DNA of 64,000 bases. Source: Meyerozyma guilliermondii. Its lineage: Eukaryota. The position numbers and the translations under genes are program-made. Below are positions 19,150-30,745 of this stretch, one piece after another. Below the pieces are notes generated by a model. It saw only the letters and a program-made list of their open reading frames with translations, was not told where the DNA came from and searched no databases. The stretch lies in the NCBI GenBank assembly GCA_051546255.1, contig CP128817.1, forward strand, positions 930,001 to 994,000, read 5' to 3'. The first letter of the stretch is position 1; the number at the start of each line of letters is the position of its first letter.

Positions 19150-22095
19150 ATGACAAGTCCTAAACCAGGGTCTCCTTTAGAGTCCCCAAAAATAGGGTCT
19201 CCAAAATTAGGGTCTCCGAAATTAGAGTCGTCAAAATTAGGGTCGCCAATAACCGAAAATCCCCCAGCGTCGCCACAGCTCGACGACGTGGATGTGGAGT
19301 CTAACCGCACGGGTGGCTCACTCCCCAGAATGCCAGGAACATTTGATGTCAACGGCTTGAAGAGCGACGAGGGTCTGTACATAGAATTGACGGAGTCTAT
19401 GAACCACCGGCAAGAAGCTGAAGGAGACGCCGAAACCGAAGAAGAGGCCAATGGTGAGACCGAAGAGGAGGCCAATGGCGACGCTGAGAACACCAAAAAT
19501 GTTTCGGTGGAAAGAAGGCTGGACAGGTCGCAGGCGACGGATTCCCTGGACGAAATGCAAGAAAAGCGTTCGTTGGAAAACCCATCTCCAGCTCCGTCTC
19601 CCAGAGCTTCTCCAGTGATTTCTGCTGCCAATTCCCCGGCGATTGCATCTCACCCAACTTTAGATCCCGGCAAGCCATCGACCAAGGTGAATATCGAGAC
19701 GCTTCTTCAAGACCCGATTTATGAGAACACCAGCAAGAGCAGTGTTGAACTCCCGCAATCCGACTCGTCGTCGCTGAATATCAATGACACCTTGGACAAG
19801 ATAAGCACCACGGAAGACAATATCGATAGCGACGAGGGAGACATAAGCCATTCTACCGTTAAGGAAAAGAAAGATTCAACCTTTCCTCCCAAGGTAGCTC
19901 CTTATACACCACTGATTGCCAATGATGCTCATCCACAGACACCCAGCAGTGGTGCCTCAACCATCCAAGACCCCATTTCAGACCGTTCCATTGACCCAAT
20001 CGAAAAATCGGCTAATAATTCCTATGACCGTTCAGAGCGTAATTTTACGCCTACTGATCGTAATGTGTCGTACGGTTCGGTTATTCGTAGTCCACCACCA
20101 CCTCCCACGCAAAACCAGAGCCATAATACAACGTCTGCAGTTACTCCAGTTATAAATCAAAGTGGGTTTGCGTCACCAGCCTCGAGTCCAAACACAACTC
20201 TTGGCAGTAATAAGTCGACCAAGCGCCGAAGCGGTAAAATGAAGAATGCGTTCAACAACTTTTTCAAGAAACTGTCGGCACCGGTTTCACCCGAGCAAAA
20301 CTCCATTAATATGAAGATATCTACGCCGTTCAACGCCAAGCATGTGGCTCATGTGGGTGTTGACGATAACGGGCTGTACACTGGCTTGCCCATCGAATGG
20401 GAGCGTTTACTTTCGGCGAGCGGAATCACTAAACGAGAACAAGAGCAACACCCTCAAGCAGTCATGGATATTGTTGCTTTTTACCAGGATAACACCGATG
20501 CCGACGAAAAGGCGCTACACAAATTCCACTACGAAAACACCTCCACCACGAATGTTAGTGGCCATCTGACCCCTCCAATTGCACAAGCTCCTCTGAACCA
20601 ATCGCTGATCTACTCGCAGACACCACAAGTTAGCCAAGGCCCAACCACGCCTCAACTTCCAAAGACCCCTCTGCTGGTTGTCACACCTTCCAACCAGTTC
20701 ATCCCCAGTCGTCCAGCCCCAAAACCTCCCGCTGCGGTTGCTCCTGAGGCCCCAGCTGCTGCTTCACCTTCTACTGACTCCAATACCTCTCCCAAGAAAT
20801 TTGGAAAACGTTCATTTTCGTCAAAGTCTATCAAGGCAATGCGTAGTAATTCGAAGAAAAGCGAGCCTCCAAGGGATGCTGTACCTCCAGTTCCTGATAT
20901 GCCCGCTCATATTCCAAAATCAAAATCTCACAGCTATTCCTTGGCTGATAAGGTCCAGCCGGAAAGAGGTGCGACTACTGCTCCTCTAGCACCCAGTGCT
21001 CAGTTTTCACAAAAAGATTATCAATCTCAAAGACCACCTCCACCACCACCAGGTCTGACCAAGAAGGAGGCACCTCAGAAGGCTTCAAATTCCGAGCAAG
21101 TCACTCGAACTGGAAGCCAGAGCCAGAGCCAGAACCAAGGCTCTCGTTCAGCTGGATCGGCTTCTAAGCAAGCTGCGTTACAAAAGAAACGAGATGAAAA
21201 GAAGCGTAAGAATCACCAGATTATATCCAAGTTGCAATCGATTTGCAGCAGCGGAGATCCCAATCAGTATTATCGTGACTTGGTAAAAATTGGTCAGGGT
21301 GCATCTGGTGGTGTTTACATAGCGCACGAGAAGACTACGGGAAGCACTGTTGCTATCAAACAAATGAATCTCGAACAGCAACCCAAGAAGGAGCTCATTA
21401 TCAATGAGATTCTTGTCATGAAGGGCAGCAAGCATTCCAATATAGTGAACTTTATCGACTCGTATCTTCTCAAGGGAGATTTATGGGTTGTCATGGAGTA
21501 CATGGAAGGTGGATCTCTTACCGAGATTGTTACTCATTCCGTGATGACAGAGGGACAAATTGGAGCTGTTTGTCGAGAGACATTGAAAGGTCTCAAGTTT
21601 TTGCATTCCAAAGGAGTTATTCACCGAGATATCAAATCAGACAACATATTGTTGAGCACCGATGGAAACATCAAGATGACGGATTTTGGGTTCTGTGCGC
21701 AGATTAATGAAATCAACCTCAAGAGAACGACGATGGTAGGAACGCCATATTGGATGGCACCGGAAGTGGTTTCTCGTAAAGAGTATGGGCCCAAAGTTGA
21801 TATTTGGTCGCTTGGAATTATGGTGATTGAGATGATCGAGGGCGAGCCACCATACTTGAACGAAACGCCGTTGCGGGCACTTTACTTGATTGCCACGAAC
21901 GGTACGCCCAAGTTGAGAGAACCCGAGGCATTGAGTGATGATATCAAGAGATTCCTTGCACGGTGCTTACAGGTGGACTTTAACAAGAGAGCAGATGCCG
22001 ATCAGCTTCTCAAGGACAAGTTTATACTTGAAGCGGACGATGTTATCTCGTTGTCGCCGTTGGTGAAGATTGCAAGAATGAAGAAGGAGGAGTGA
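19150..22095 (+). CDS. STE20: PAK kinase Ste20/Cst20
   Basis: CRIB motif [14 protein letters not shown]; kinase domain [34 protein letters not shown]-terminal SLSPLVK. Confidence 0.95.
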   Translation: MTSPKPGSPLESPKIGSPKLGSPKLESSKLGSPITENPPASPQLDDVDVESNRTGGSLPRMPGTFDVNGLKSDEGLYIELTESMNHRQEAEGDAETEEEANGETEEEANGDAENTKNVSVERRLDRSQATDSLDEMQEKRSLENPSPAPSPRASPVISAANSPAIASHPTLDPGKPSTKVNIETLLQDPIYENTSKSSVELPQSDSSSLNINDTLDKISTTEDNIDSDEGDISHSTVKEKKDSTFPPKVAPYTPLIANDAHPQTPSSGASTIQDPISDRSIDPIEKSANNSYDRSERNFTPTDRNVSYGSVIRSPPPPPTQNQSHNTTSAVTPVINQSGFASPASSPNTTLGSNKSTKRRSGKMKNAFNNFFKKLSAPVSPEQNSINMKISTPFNAKHVAHVGVDDNGLYTGLPIEWERLLSASGITKREQEQHPQAVMDIVAFYQDNTDADEKALHKFHYENTSTTNVSGHLTPPIAQAPLNQSLIYSQTPQVSQGPTTPQLPKTPLLVVTPSNQFIPSRPAPKPPAAVAPEAPAAASPSTDSNTSPKKFGKRSFSSKSIKAMRSNSKKSEPPRDAVPPVPDMPAHIPKSKSHSYSLADKVQPERGATTAPLAPSAQFSQKDYQSQRPPPPPPGLTKKEAPQKASNSEQVTRTGSQSQSQNQGSRSAGSASKQAALQKKRDEKKRKNHQIISKLQSICSSGDPNQYYRDLVKIGQGASGGVYIAHEKTTGSTVAIKQMNLEQQPKKELIINEILVMKGSKHSNIVNFIDSYLLKGDLWVVMEYMEGGSLTEIVTHSVMTEGQIGAVCRETLKGLKFLHSKGVIHRDIKSDNILLSTDGNIKMTDFGFCAQINEINLKRTTMVGTPYWMAPEVVSRKEYGPKVDIWSLGIMVIEMIEGEPPYLNETPLRALYLIATNGTPKLREPEALSDDIKRFLARCLQVDFNKRADADQLLKDKFILEADDVISLSPLVKIARMKKEE

Positions 22096-23019
22096 TAAAG
22101 AAGAGAAGTGATTTAGCTAAGATAGCTAGTGTATCGTACAATATCTGTACAATAACATGTGTAACAATATAAGCAATTGCGACTTATATATGACAGGGTT
22201 GAAGTGAGATATCCAGGATCAACGATATTAGTACTACAGTATTAATAGCACATTGGTCGAAATTTTCATATCATTTACTTTCAGATTCGTATAGTACTTC
22301 GTATCGGACTTAATCTTAATAATAAAAAATATCGATCAGATGATATCTCAATACCACTTTTCTAAGGTAAGACCAATTACTACAAAAAAGTTTCTGAATT
22401 ACTGTACCATGTTTTCTGCACATGCTGACTTGCCCATGGCTTTGACGTAGTGACGTAATTTACCAAGTGGTGCGATGGAGATGCGCAAATGAGACATTAA
22501 GATAGACACATAGGACGCTTATAAAATGCACAACTGCTCCCAATGCTGCTACCAATGCTGCTAGCAATCACCATCAGACATAGCTAATTTCTATGCATCG
22601 TAAAAGCTTCTCTTTAACTTTAAACCACGGCAGGTCTACTCGGTATTTCTTGGCCCGGAAGTGAGACATTAGTTGCTATCGACTAGGTGCATGAATGCAC
22701 GGCGTGGTGAAGCGAAATTACGAGGATGGTCAATTCAAATAGTGATGTACTTTACAAAGTCAATTGACTTGTTAGTATACTCTACAACAAGTTTCTGTGG
22801 TTAGTATCCTCTTGTTTCCACCGTGGTCATAGAACTGTACAGAATAATAGACATTGGCCGCATGATGTCATGGGGCGCCGCAGCGGAGGTGGCCCCCAAT
22901 CTGGTGCGTATATAAAAGTCGAGAAAGAGGGGCGAGGGAATACTTTTTTGACACACCCCTATTTGATAATAAAGCCAGATCCCTGTTGCCAACGCTCAAG
23001 TTCATAACATTTTAAAGAT

Positions 23020-24678
23020 ATGGCAGAAAAAGAACAACAATACCAATCGTTTCTTAACAACGACGGAATCGATGAACTCGAACCAGCGGTTCCCAAACAC
23101 AAAGTGTCTTCTTTGAGTTTGTCCGACTTGAACCAATGGCAGACCGGCTTGACCAAGCTCTCCAGCTCCACGTCGCTCCACAAAAGCTCGTCGCAAAACT
23201 TGAAAAAGGTGGACTCTTTGGCCAAGTTGTCGAGAAACTCGTCTGTGATAAGACGGAAGAAGAAGAGTGTCATTGACCATCCTCGTGTGGCATCGTATGC
23301 ATTTTGTTTCGACATTGACGGTGTCATCTTGAGAGGCCCAGAAACCATCCCTCTGGCTCCGCAAGCATTGAAGATGCTTAACGGCGAAAACAAGTACAAC
23401 ATTAAAGTTCCTTCGATTTTCGTCACCAATGGTGGTGGTAAGCCTGAAAAACAGCGTTCTGATGACTTGAGCGCAAGATTGGGTGTCACCATCACCCCAG
23501 ACCAGATCATCCAGGGTCACACCCCAATGAAAGACTTGGTCAATGTTTACGAAAACGTTCTTGTTGTGGGAGGTGTTGGCAACGTTTGTCGTCATGTGGC
23601 AGAATCTTATGGTTTTAAGAACGTTTTCACCCCATTGGACATCTTGAAATGGAACCCAGCCGTGTCTCCGTACCACGACTTGACCGAGGAAGAACAAACC
23701 TGTGCGCGTGAAGTGGACTTCTCCAAGACTCGGATCGACGCCATCTTGGTGTTCGCCGACTCTAGAAACTGGGCTGCTGACCAGCAAATCATTTTGGAGT
23801 TACTTTTGTCAAAAAATGGTGTCATGGGTACTGAATCCAAAACGTACGATGAAGGACCAGAGATCTACTTTGCCCATTCGGACTTTATCTGGGCTACAAA
23901 CTACAAATTATCAAGGTATGGAATGGGTGCTTTGCAAGTATCGATTGCCGCACTTTACAGAGAACACACTGGAAAAGAATTGAAGGTGAACAGATTCGGT
24001 AAGCCTCAAAAGGGTACGTTCAAATACGCCAACAAGGTGCTTTCTAGTTGGAGAAAGGGTGTTTTGGACGAGCACTTGAAAAAATTGTCTGTAGATGATC
24101 CTGATGCTGGAGATGCCGACATTTTGATCACTCAAGATGGAGAAGAGATCATCAACCAAGCCAAGTTGGAGGCTGCAAGAGACTCGTCTGAAGAAGAGTC
24201 TGAAGCTGAAGACGAGGACGCAGAGGATGGCGCTTTGGCTGTGGGTAAAAAGGATAAGATCACTTTGCAATTACCACCAGCTTCAACGGTATACTTTGTG
24301 GGAGACACCCCCGAGTCCGATATTCGTTTTGCAAATTCGCATGATATATCATGGCACTCGATTTTGGTGAAGACGGGAGTGTACCAGGCGGGTACTGAGC
24401 CTAAGTACAAGCCCAAGCACTTGTGTGATAACGTTTTAGAGGCAGTGGAATATGCGATTGAGAGAGAGCACGAAAAGGAATTAGCTGAATGGAACGCTCA
24501 TGCCGACGATGACGATGACAAGGGTTCACGGGTGAACTTCTCGGACTTTATGATGACTCCATCAGAAAAGAATAAGGAAGAAAAGAAACCAATAAGTGCG
24601 GTGGATGAGCACGAATCGGTTGAAGTTCCTCAAGGATTGAGTGAACAACTTGAGAAGTTGAAGAACATGCAGGTATAA
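23020..24678 (+). CDS. HAD-superfamily IIA hydrolase (CECR5/YKR070W-like)
   Basis: FCFDIDGV, FVTNGGG, FGKP, YFVGDTPESDI, SILVKTGVY. Confidence 0.88.
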   Translation: MAEKEQQYQSFLNNDGIDELEPAVPKHKVSSLSLSDLNQWQTGLTKLSSSTSLHKSSSQNLKKVDSLAKLSRNSSVIRRKKKSVIDHPRVASYAFCFDIDGVILRGPETIPLAPQALKMLNGENKYNIKVPSIFVTNGGGKPEKQRSDDLSARLGVTITPDQIIQGHTPMKDLVNVYENVLVVGGVGNVCRHVAESYGFKNVFTPLDILKWNPAVSPYHDLTEEEQTCAREVDFSKTRIDAILVFADSRNWAADQQIILELLLSKNGVMGTESKTYDEGPEIYFAHSDFIWATNYKLSRYGMGALQVSIAALYREHTGKELKVNRFGKPQKGTFKYANKVLSSWRKGVLDEHLKKLSVDDPDAGDADILITQDGEEIINQAKLEAARDSSEEESEAEDEDAEDGALAVGKKDKITLQLPPASTVYFVGDTPESDIRFANSHDISWHSILVKTGVYQAGTEPKYKPKHLCDNVLEAVEYAIEREHEKELAEWNAHADDDDDKGSRVNFSDFMMTPSEKNKEEKKPISAVDEHESVEVPQGLSEQLEKLKNMQV

Positions 24679-25175
24679 ATTTAGAATAAATGCCATTGAG
24701 GCATGTTCAACCTGAATAAGGTTATCGGAGCCCACGTGAACCACGAGGTACCGCAACTGTAGCATCTAGAGTCCATACAAGTTCCTGCACTGGGCGAGGC
24801 TGAGAAACAAGCCGAAAGAATAGCAATTAAAGGCAAATACAGGCGCATGTGCAGATTGCAAGTCACAAAGTGGTAGGCTTCAAGTGTCTAGACTTTTGGT
24901 GGTATTAAGCCAATAAGTCCTTTAAGGCAAATAAGTCGAGGCGATCTACTCAGCCTCAGTTCCCCGGTATTCCATATGCATTAAAAAAAAAAAAGCCCTG
25001 CGTTCTCCTGCAGCTAATATACAACTCGATTGCCATTTCCTGTACGGATTGTGCTCAGTTAGGAAGGGGCGGCTGCGTGAAACAGACAAATGTCACTTGA
25101 TAGTCGTGTGATGTAGGCGAAGCAGTACAAATATAGCCGACGTATATAAATAGCGAAAATTCCCTTAGGTAGCTA

Positions 25176-25568
25176 ATGAAATTTTCTCTGATTGTTATCG
25201 CTGGTGCTTCATTATTTGCAGCCGTCAATGCTGCTAACTCTACTGCCGGTGGTTACAACTCCACTATAGGTGGGGGTCACAGTAACTCCACGATTGGCGG
25301 AGGACACACTAACTCCACTACCGGGGGAGGAAGTAGCAACTCTACTGGAGGTGGTTCTACCGGAGGCGGTTCTACTGGAGGAGGTTCTGGATCAGGATCC
25401 GGATCTGGTTCTGGTTCTTCTAGTTCTGGTTCTGGATCAGGTTCTTCTGGTTCTGGTTCTGGTTCCGGTTCCAAATCTTCTTCTTCTGCAGGAGACGCCG
25501 TTGCTGGATTCCAAAACTTTGGAGTTGCTGGAGCCGCCGTTGTGGCTGTTGCCGCCTTCATGTTGTAG
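25176..25568 (+). CDS. Small Gly/Ser-rich GPI-anchored cell-surface protein
   Basis: Signal peptide, five N-x-T sequons in NSTxGGG repeats, (GS)n tract, small-residue omega region plus hydrophobic tail. TATATAAA lies about 30 nt upstream. Confidence 0.8.
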   Translation: MKFSLIVIAGASLFAAVNAANSTAGGYNSTIGGGHSNSTIGGGHTNSTTGGGSSNSTGGGSTGGGSTGGGSGSGSGSGSGSSSSGSGSGSSGSGSGSGSKSSSSAGDAVAGFQNFGVAGAAVVAVAAFML

Positions 25569-25900
25569 GTGGAAGGATTTCCAGAAAATTGAAATTGCTG
25601 CAAATTGAGACGCAAATGTTGAAAATTTGAGATTCAAGTTAAAGATTGTTAAGCTTCATTTCATGCTACTGTTATATATGTATTCATGTGTGCTAATACC
25701 CTTTCACCAATATACATTTAGATCGTTTGCTACTGAACTCTCGATTTTTCAGTTGATCGACTGCGCATTTTTTAAGTCAATCTTATTTGTTGCTAGTTCA
25801 CCACGCCAAAATTCTATCGGTTCTTTGTATACTACAAGCTCAATGATTCTGTTTATCATGTTTTTTATTATTATGTTTTTTATTATGTTTTAATCATTTC

Positions 25901-26659
25901 TTACCACGGCACCTCAGTACCATCGTAGTTCCAGAACTTGTTTGAGTCTTCCTTCTTGAGCTTTTCAATTACAATACCCACCTTTTCAGCACTTTCCTCT
26001 GGGGTAAGCCATTTCCCAGGACCAAAACCTGATGCCAAGTGTGGGTTACTGGCTAAAAATTCGTCCTTGGCATTAATTACCATTTCGGTACCGACCAACC
26101 CTGGGTTGACGGAAACTACAGTAAACTCCTCTTCTGCAAGTTCACGCCCAAGTTGTCTAACACTGTGGTTAAGTGCAGCCTTGGATTGACCGTAGGCAGA
26201 GCTACTGTATTGGGGAAACTCGCTCACAGTTCCAGAAACACTTGAGACGAAAACCACCTTTTTCTGGGAACTTTTCTTCACCAATTCGTAAAAAGCCTGG
26301 AACAAAAGAATTGGCCCAAGAGAGTTGGTGATATAGTGAGTGAGGAACTTTTCCTTGGGAGTTTTTACAATTGGGGTATGAGCATCACATATACCTGCGT
26401 TGCAAATGAACACATCAATTGAGTCCGAAACTTTCAACACCTCAGCTTTGGCGGTTTCGAATGTCTTTTCATCGTTCAAGTCCAAAGTCATAACGTGAAC
26501 ATTTTCAGCCTTTTGGCTCAATTCCTTCAATTCAGAGGCAGTAGAAGGATTTCTAGCGGTTGCAATTACCACATTATCTGGTTTCTTACTTAAGTAAGTA
26601 GCCAAGTTAAGACCAATTCCACGAGAAGCACCAGCGATAAAGTAGACTTGTTTTGCCAT
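25901..26659 (-). CDS. Short-chain dehydrogenase/reductase
   Basis: YFIAGASRGIG, CNAGI, YGQSK catalytic YxxxK, VNPGLVGT. ATG at 26659. Confidence 0.9.
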   Translation of the reverse strand: MAKQVYFIAGASRGIGLNLATYLSKKPDNVVIATARNPSTASELKELSQKAENVHVMTLDLNDEKTFETAKAEVLKVSDSIDVFICNAGICDAHTPIVKTPKEKFLTHYITNSLGPILLFQAFYELVKKSSQKKVVFVSSVSGTVSEFPQYSSSAYGQSKAALNHSVRQLGRELAEEEFTVVSVNPGLVGTEMVINAKDEFLASNPHLASGFGPGKWLTPEESAEKVGIVIEKLKKEDSNKFWNYDGTEVPW

Positions 26660-27229
26660 TTTTCTGTAGTGATTTGCAGTCAATTGTGGGCTTTATATAC
26701 CTTTGGTATTATCTAATTCGGCCAAATGAAAGAATATTCGAGCGACCGAATTTCCTAATTAGTACGTATTTCCGTATAATCACCGTCTTCTTACTAATAC
26801 CACTATCACCTCGATTCAAAATAGAAGTGACATACATGCCAAGCCGAAACAAAGACTCTAAGCCGGTTGAACTCAGCGGCTCATTCAGTGAATCAAAGAC
26901 ATGCAATTGCCATTGGTCAAGAGGTTCGTTTCGTACTTCATGTTAGCCTCATAATATCAATGGCTGCGAAATTGAGAATATTACAGCAAAAGATATTCGG
27001 AACTAATTCGTTACTAAGTATGAGTTATATGGCTATAAGGCTTGAAGTGTCTAGACACAAGTATTCTGGTGTTATCACGAAAAATAGTAGCGCAATGTAG
27101 CTTCATGGCTTACCATTAAAAGTCACTACCCTAGTCAATTTGCAGGTTACATCAGACATACGCTCCTTCAACGTTGGTACCATTTGCTAGTCGAGCTCAG
27201 ATGGTTTAAAGTTTAATATACTGATCACT

Positions 27230-27690
27230 AAATTGAAAATAATGAAGAACGCTTCCATTTGAAATTGAATTACACAAGAGCTCGCCAAGAACAATTGCAG
27301 CACGCAAGCCATAAGTGCAATGGAAGTATCAAATGCATTGAAGGTTACTCAAAAAGCACTCAATTGCAAAAAGGTGAGTCCCATTCCATACCACCGCAGA
27401 AGAAATCAGTGGTAAAAAGTGGGAACTAGTGAGGTGATAATAACAGTCAATAGGAATGCATGTTTTGGCGCTGAAATGGTATACCTTTGTGAATGCAAGC
27501 AATGATTAGAAAACCTGCTGCAGTTCCAATCCACATCAACGACACAATCGAGTAATTGGGCTATATCCTCGATATATGACAAGACGGTATCAACGACACA
27601 AAACGCATCCTAACTGGCAGCAGGAAGTCTCCAACCATTTCTAACCATTGAACAGGGTTGTATAGAAATTAGTGGTTGAGGAAGTACTTC
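27230..27690 (-). pseudogene. Decayed BSC6-like MFS transporter remnant
   Basis: Frame-broken fragments in the expected order: LSYIED / NYSIVSLMWIGTAAGFLIIAC / FPLFTTDFFCGG / FLSNLQCI*YFHCTYGLRAAI. Confidence 0.6.
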
Positions 27691-27945
27691 CTGCATCTCT
27701 GCGACATGTACATGGTGGGCCCTTATTGTTACTCGAAGTTGAGCTGATCATCTCCAAGAGAAATAGGCATTTTGTTCGCAGCGATGGCTATAACCTCATA
27801 ATATGCATCAAAGGTGCCACCATTCACTTTCATGACAAATTTGCGCCTTCTCAGAATATATATGACTGGGGACACCTGGGGTAAATTCCTAGCCCCATTT
27901 ATATATTTCGCAAAGGTCCCACAGCACAGTCAAAATTCAACCTTC

Positions 27946-28515
27946 CTAAAACACATCAGGGAGTCTCTCAATGACATATGAATGGCCACCAACGCTCATA
28001 ATTGGTATACCAGGAACCTTTCTTATTCTTCTCTTTAAATCGGCATCGTTGGTGGCTACAATGTAACACTTGTGTTGCATCACTCGATTCACCAAACAGT
28101 CATCAGCATACGTTCCTTTGTGTGAGCACGTTAATCTCTGTATTCTGGGATCCTTGGCCAATTTGAGTGCTATTCGATATTTGGGTCCAAGTTTTTCCAA
28201 TTCTGCCATCACACAATCGGTGACAATGGGTATACATTTGGCATAAAGTGTATCCATCATACCTCTTATAATATCGACCTTTTTCTGAATACTAAAGTTG
28301 ATAAAGTTGGTATCGATTAATACTTGATATGGCGGCTTAATTGCCTCGTTATATTGGAAGAATAATGCAGAAGAAACCTGAGGAACCGACTTTGTTAATT
28401 CCGGATCAGAGGCAGGTTGCGGCTTTTTCGCTTCATTTTTCTTCATCCGAGGGTCCTTGGACGATAATGTGCGCTTCACCAATGCAAACTTTCTCGTTTT
28501 TTTGGCTTTTCCCAT
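27946..28515 (-). CDS. FCF1: rRNA-processing PIN-domain nuclease Fcf1/Utp24
   Basis: [10 protein letters not shown] start, [29 protein letters not shown]. Confidence 0.95.
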   Translation of the reverse strand: MGKAKKTRKFALVKRTLSSKDPRMKKNEAKKPQPASDPELTKSVPQVSSALFFQYNEAIKPPYQVLIDTNFINFSIQKKVDIIRGMMDTLYAKCIPIVTDCVMAELEKLGPKYRIALKLAKDPRIQRLTCSHKGTYADDCLVNRVMQHKCYIVATNDADLKRRIRKVPGIPIMSVGGHSYVIERLPDVF

Positions 28516-28624
28516 AACTAATATGAACAACTTGATCGCGATGAGCTCAAAATTTTGATGATGTGTACTGCATACACGCGGCGATGCCATTCTGGGGTCG
28601 TAGATGTCATGTTAATATATAAGG

Positions 28625-30244
28625 CTATAGTTGGCGGATCATTTGATGGTCGAATGCCGCTTGCATAAGCTCCGAGCGTTTCCAGCTAATCAACGTCTTT
28701 TTGATGAAATCTGTCTCAAAAATCCGCATCTTTCTATCATAGCTAGTATCGAGTGCTGTGAGTCCTGAATCTCCAGTTACCGAATTGTAGCAGAGCCAAA
28801 TTTCATTCAAGCTACGGTCGGGATTATTTGGATCCCGCTTTTCGTTCAAAACACATGCGTCGTTCTCGTGCTCGTGTCCCACAGAAACGACATGATAACC
28901 ACAGTCAACTATATCGTCTCTAAACTTGTTATCGGTGGCAGTGGTCAACACATGTTTCTCGTTATATGATCCCACGAGCTTGAATTTCCCTGTGGGTCTA
29001 AAGTTGGGGAGCGGGAAATGGAAAAATAACAACTTAAACATCGTGGGAGACGAATAAATAGTGTTCATGCGGTAAAGGAGATTGATCTGGGTTGAGTCTA
29101 TCTTGTTGCGTTCCAGGTCAAGAAGTGATACGAGCATGTCTGGGTGGTCGGTATTAATGTTTGTGGGGGGTGCTTGTGGAGAACTTGATCTGTGCACCCG
29201 CAAGTTGTAGTTGGTGAGCCCGTGAATGTTGTCCAAATTTGGTAAAACATTGTAGCAGTTGGGAAGAGATGATATGAATTGTACAACCGAACGTTTTTCG
29301 GAGAGGGTATCCACATCCAGGTCGCCAAATGTGAACACAAAGGGTATTTTGCTGTGGAGAACAGGTGCCAATGCCTTTAAAATGGCCGATTTCCAGTGTT
29401 TTGTGCGCTTACTGTCGATCATATCACCAGTGATGACGATCAAGTTTGGTTGTTCGGCAACTATGGAGTTTGCAATGAAAGCCACCGTTCGACTATCGGA
29501 CTGGCACGGACCGTTTTTCAAGTTGCAAGCACCAGTATCCTGGCCGAAATGGAGATCGCTCAACTGCATGATTTTGAATTTGGGTTGGTGAGCGAGGATG
29601 ATACCGCCGTACTTGAGCTGGTTGAACAAATCCAGCTCGCTTACTACCGAGTTTTGCTCTAGTTTTGAGAGTTTGAGTAAGGAAAAGTGGCCCTGCACTT
29701 CGGTGGTCCATGGAAGAGGTACCGGCTCGGGCTGAAACTGCCAATATGGTCTCGAATCCACCATATCTTTGTCTCCAAAGAGTACATCGATGTCGCAAAC
29801 AAATTTTTTCTCGTCGGTAACCACATCAGTCTGGTACCAAAGAACCTTGGATCCAAAGGAATACGATTGGTGCCATTTCTTCAGATCATCGGGAACTGTT
29901 CCACGTGGTACCAACATCACGTCTGTGACAGCTTCTTGAGCATCGTTGAAATTGCTTGTGTTTACCACGAGAAAGTACCGGCCGGGTGAAAAGATACTGG
30001 CATGAGGGTCGAGTGGAATTAGTTTGGCGCCCGCCGGCGCAATGCATGCAAAAGGTTTCAAGCAAAATTTCACCAGCAACCCTGTCACCACCTTGGAGAT
30101 GGAATCAGTCATTGTTGGAAAGATTTCATGATGAATTGTGGAGTTTTCTCGAGCCACCGTAAGCAGCAAGATCCATACGAAAACAATAAGCAGAATAGAA
30201 GCAGAAACAAATTTGCGAGATCGAAAATATCGCATGAGCTGCAT
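28625..30244 (-). CDS. SIA1: Calcineurin-like metallophosphoesterase, Sia1/Dcr2 family, with N-terminal membrane anchor
   Basis: FKIMQLSDLHFG, IVITGD, FFHFPLP, VSVGHEHEND. Adjacent to RUP1 as in S. cerevisiae. Confidence 0.75.
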   Translation of the reverse strand: MQLMRYFRSRKFVSASILLIVFVWILLLTVARENSTIHHEIFPTMTDSISKVVTGLLVKFCLKPFACIAPAGAKLIPLDPHASIFSPGRYFLVVNTSNFNDAQEAVTDVMLVPRGTVPDDLKKWHQSYSFGSKVLWYQTDVVTDEKKFVCDIDVLFGDKDMVDSRPYWQFQPEPVPLPWTTEVQGHFSLLKLSKLEQNSVVSELDLFNQLKYGGIILAHQPKFKIMQLSDLHFGQDTGACNLKNGPCQSDSRTVAFIANSIVAEQPNLIVITGDMIDSKRTKHWKSAILKALAPVLHSKIPFVFTFGDLDVDTLSEKRSVVQFISSLPNCYNVLPNLDNIHGLTNYNLRVHRSSSPQAPPTNINTDHPDMLVSLLDLERNKIDSTQINLLYRMNTIYSSPTMFKLLFFHFPLPNFRPTGKFKLVGSYNEKHVLTTATDNKFRDDIVDCGYHVVSVGHEHENDACVLNEKRDPNNPDRSLNEIWLCYNSVTGDSGLTALDTSYDRKMRIFETDFIKKTLISWKRSELMQAAFDHQMIRQL

Positions 30245-30745
30245 TACACCACAGCAAAGTAGCAAGGGGTATGGTAGATAGGAGAAACAACAGGATGGAT
30301 CAGGTTATAATGCGATCGCGGTGAGCAACAATCAACAAATTTTAGGGGCCCATATGCATCGGTCTGCCGTTCGGGCGGGTGCAGTTAGGGCGGTGCACCC
30401 CGCTTAGGAAGTTACGCATTTTACCCTTCTCATGCGCGATGCAGGTCAGGGCTCGCACGTCGAGGGCCGCATGCCGGATATGGCCAGGTTCGTAAACGGC
30501 TTAGTGGGCTGAAATGGAGGGGCCGAGAGTAGCGGAAATAGCTCGAGACGGGTTAGCGGAAAGTGCAGAGCATGCCTTTCACTTGTCGATTGCTCGGGAC
30601 ATCACCCGCGCGGAAAGTGTTAACAAACGGATTTTGGGTTTGGAGTCTAGAACCCTCGTATTCGCGCAGAAGCAATCGATACGATCACGGGCTCATCAAC
30701 CACGTAAATCTCGGGCTAACTGACGTAAATCTTCGGAGCGGCCAA

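Noticed and set aside
22765..22810. Two minus-strand TACTAAC..AG motifs upstream of the HAD gene
   Set aside because: No canonical 5' splice site or snoRNA guide found nearby.
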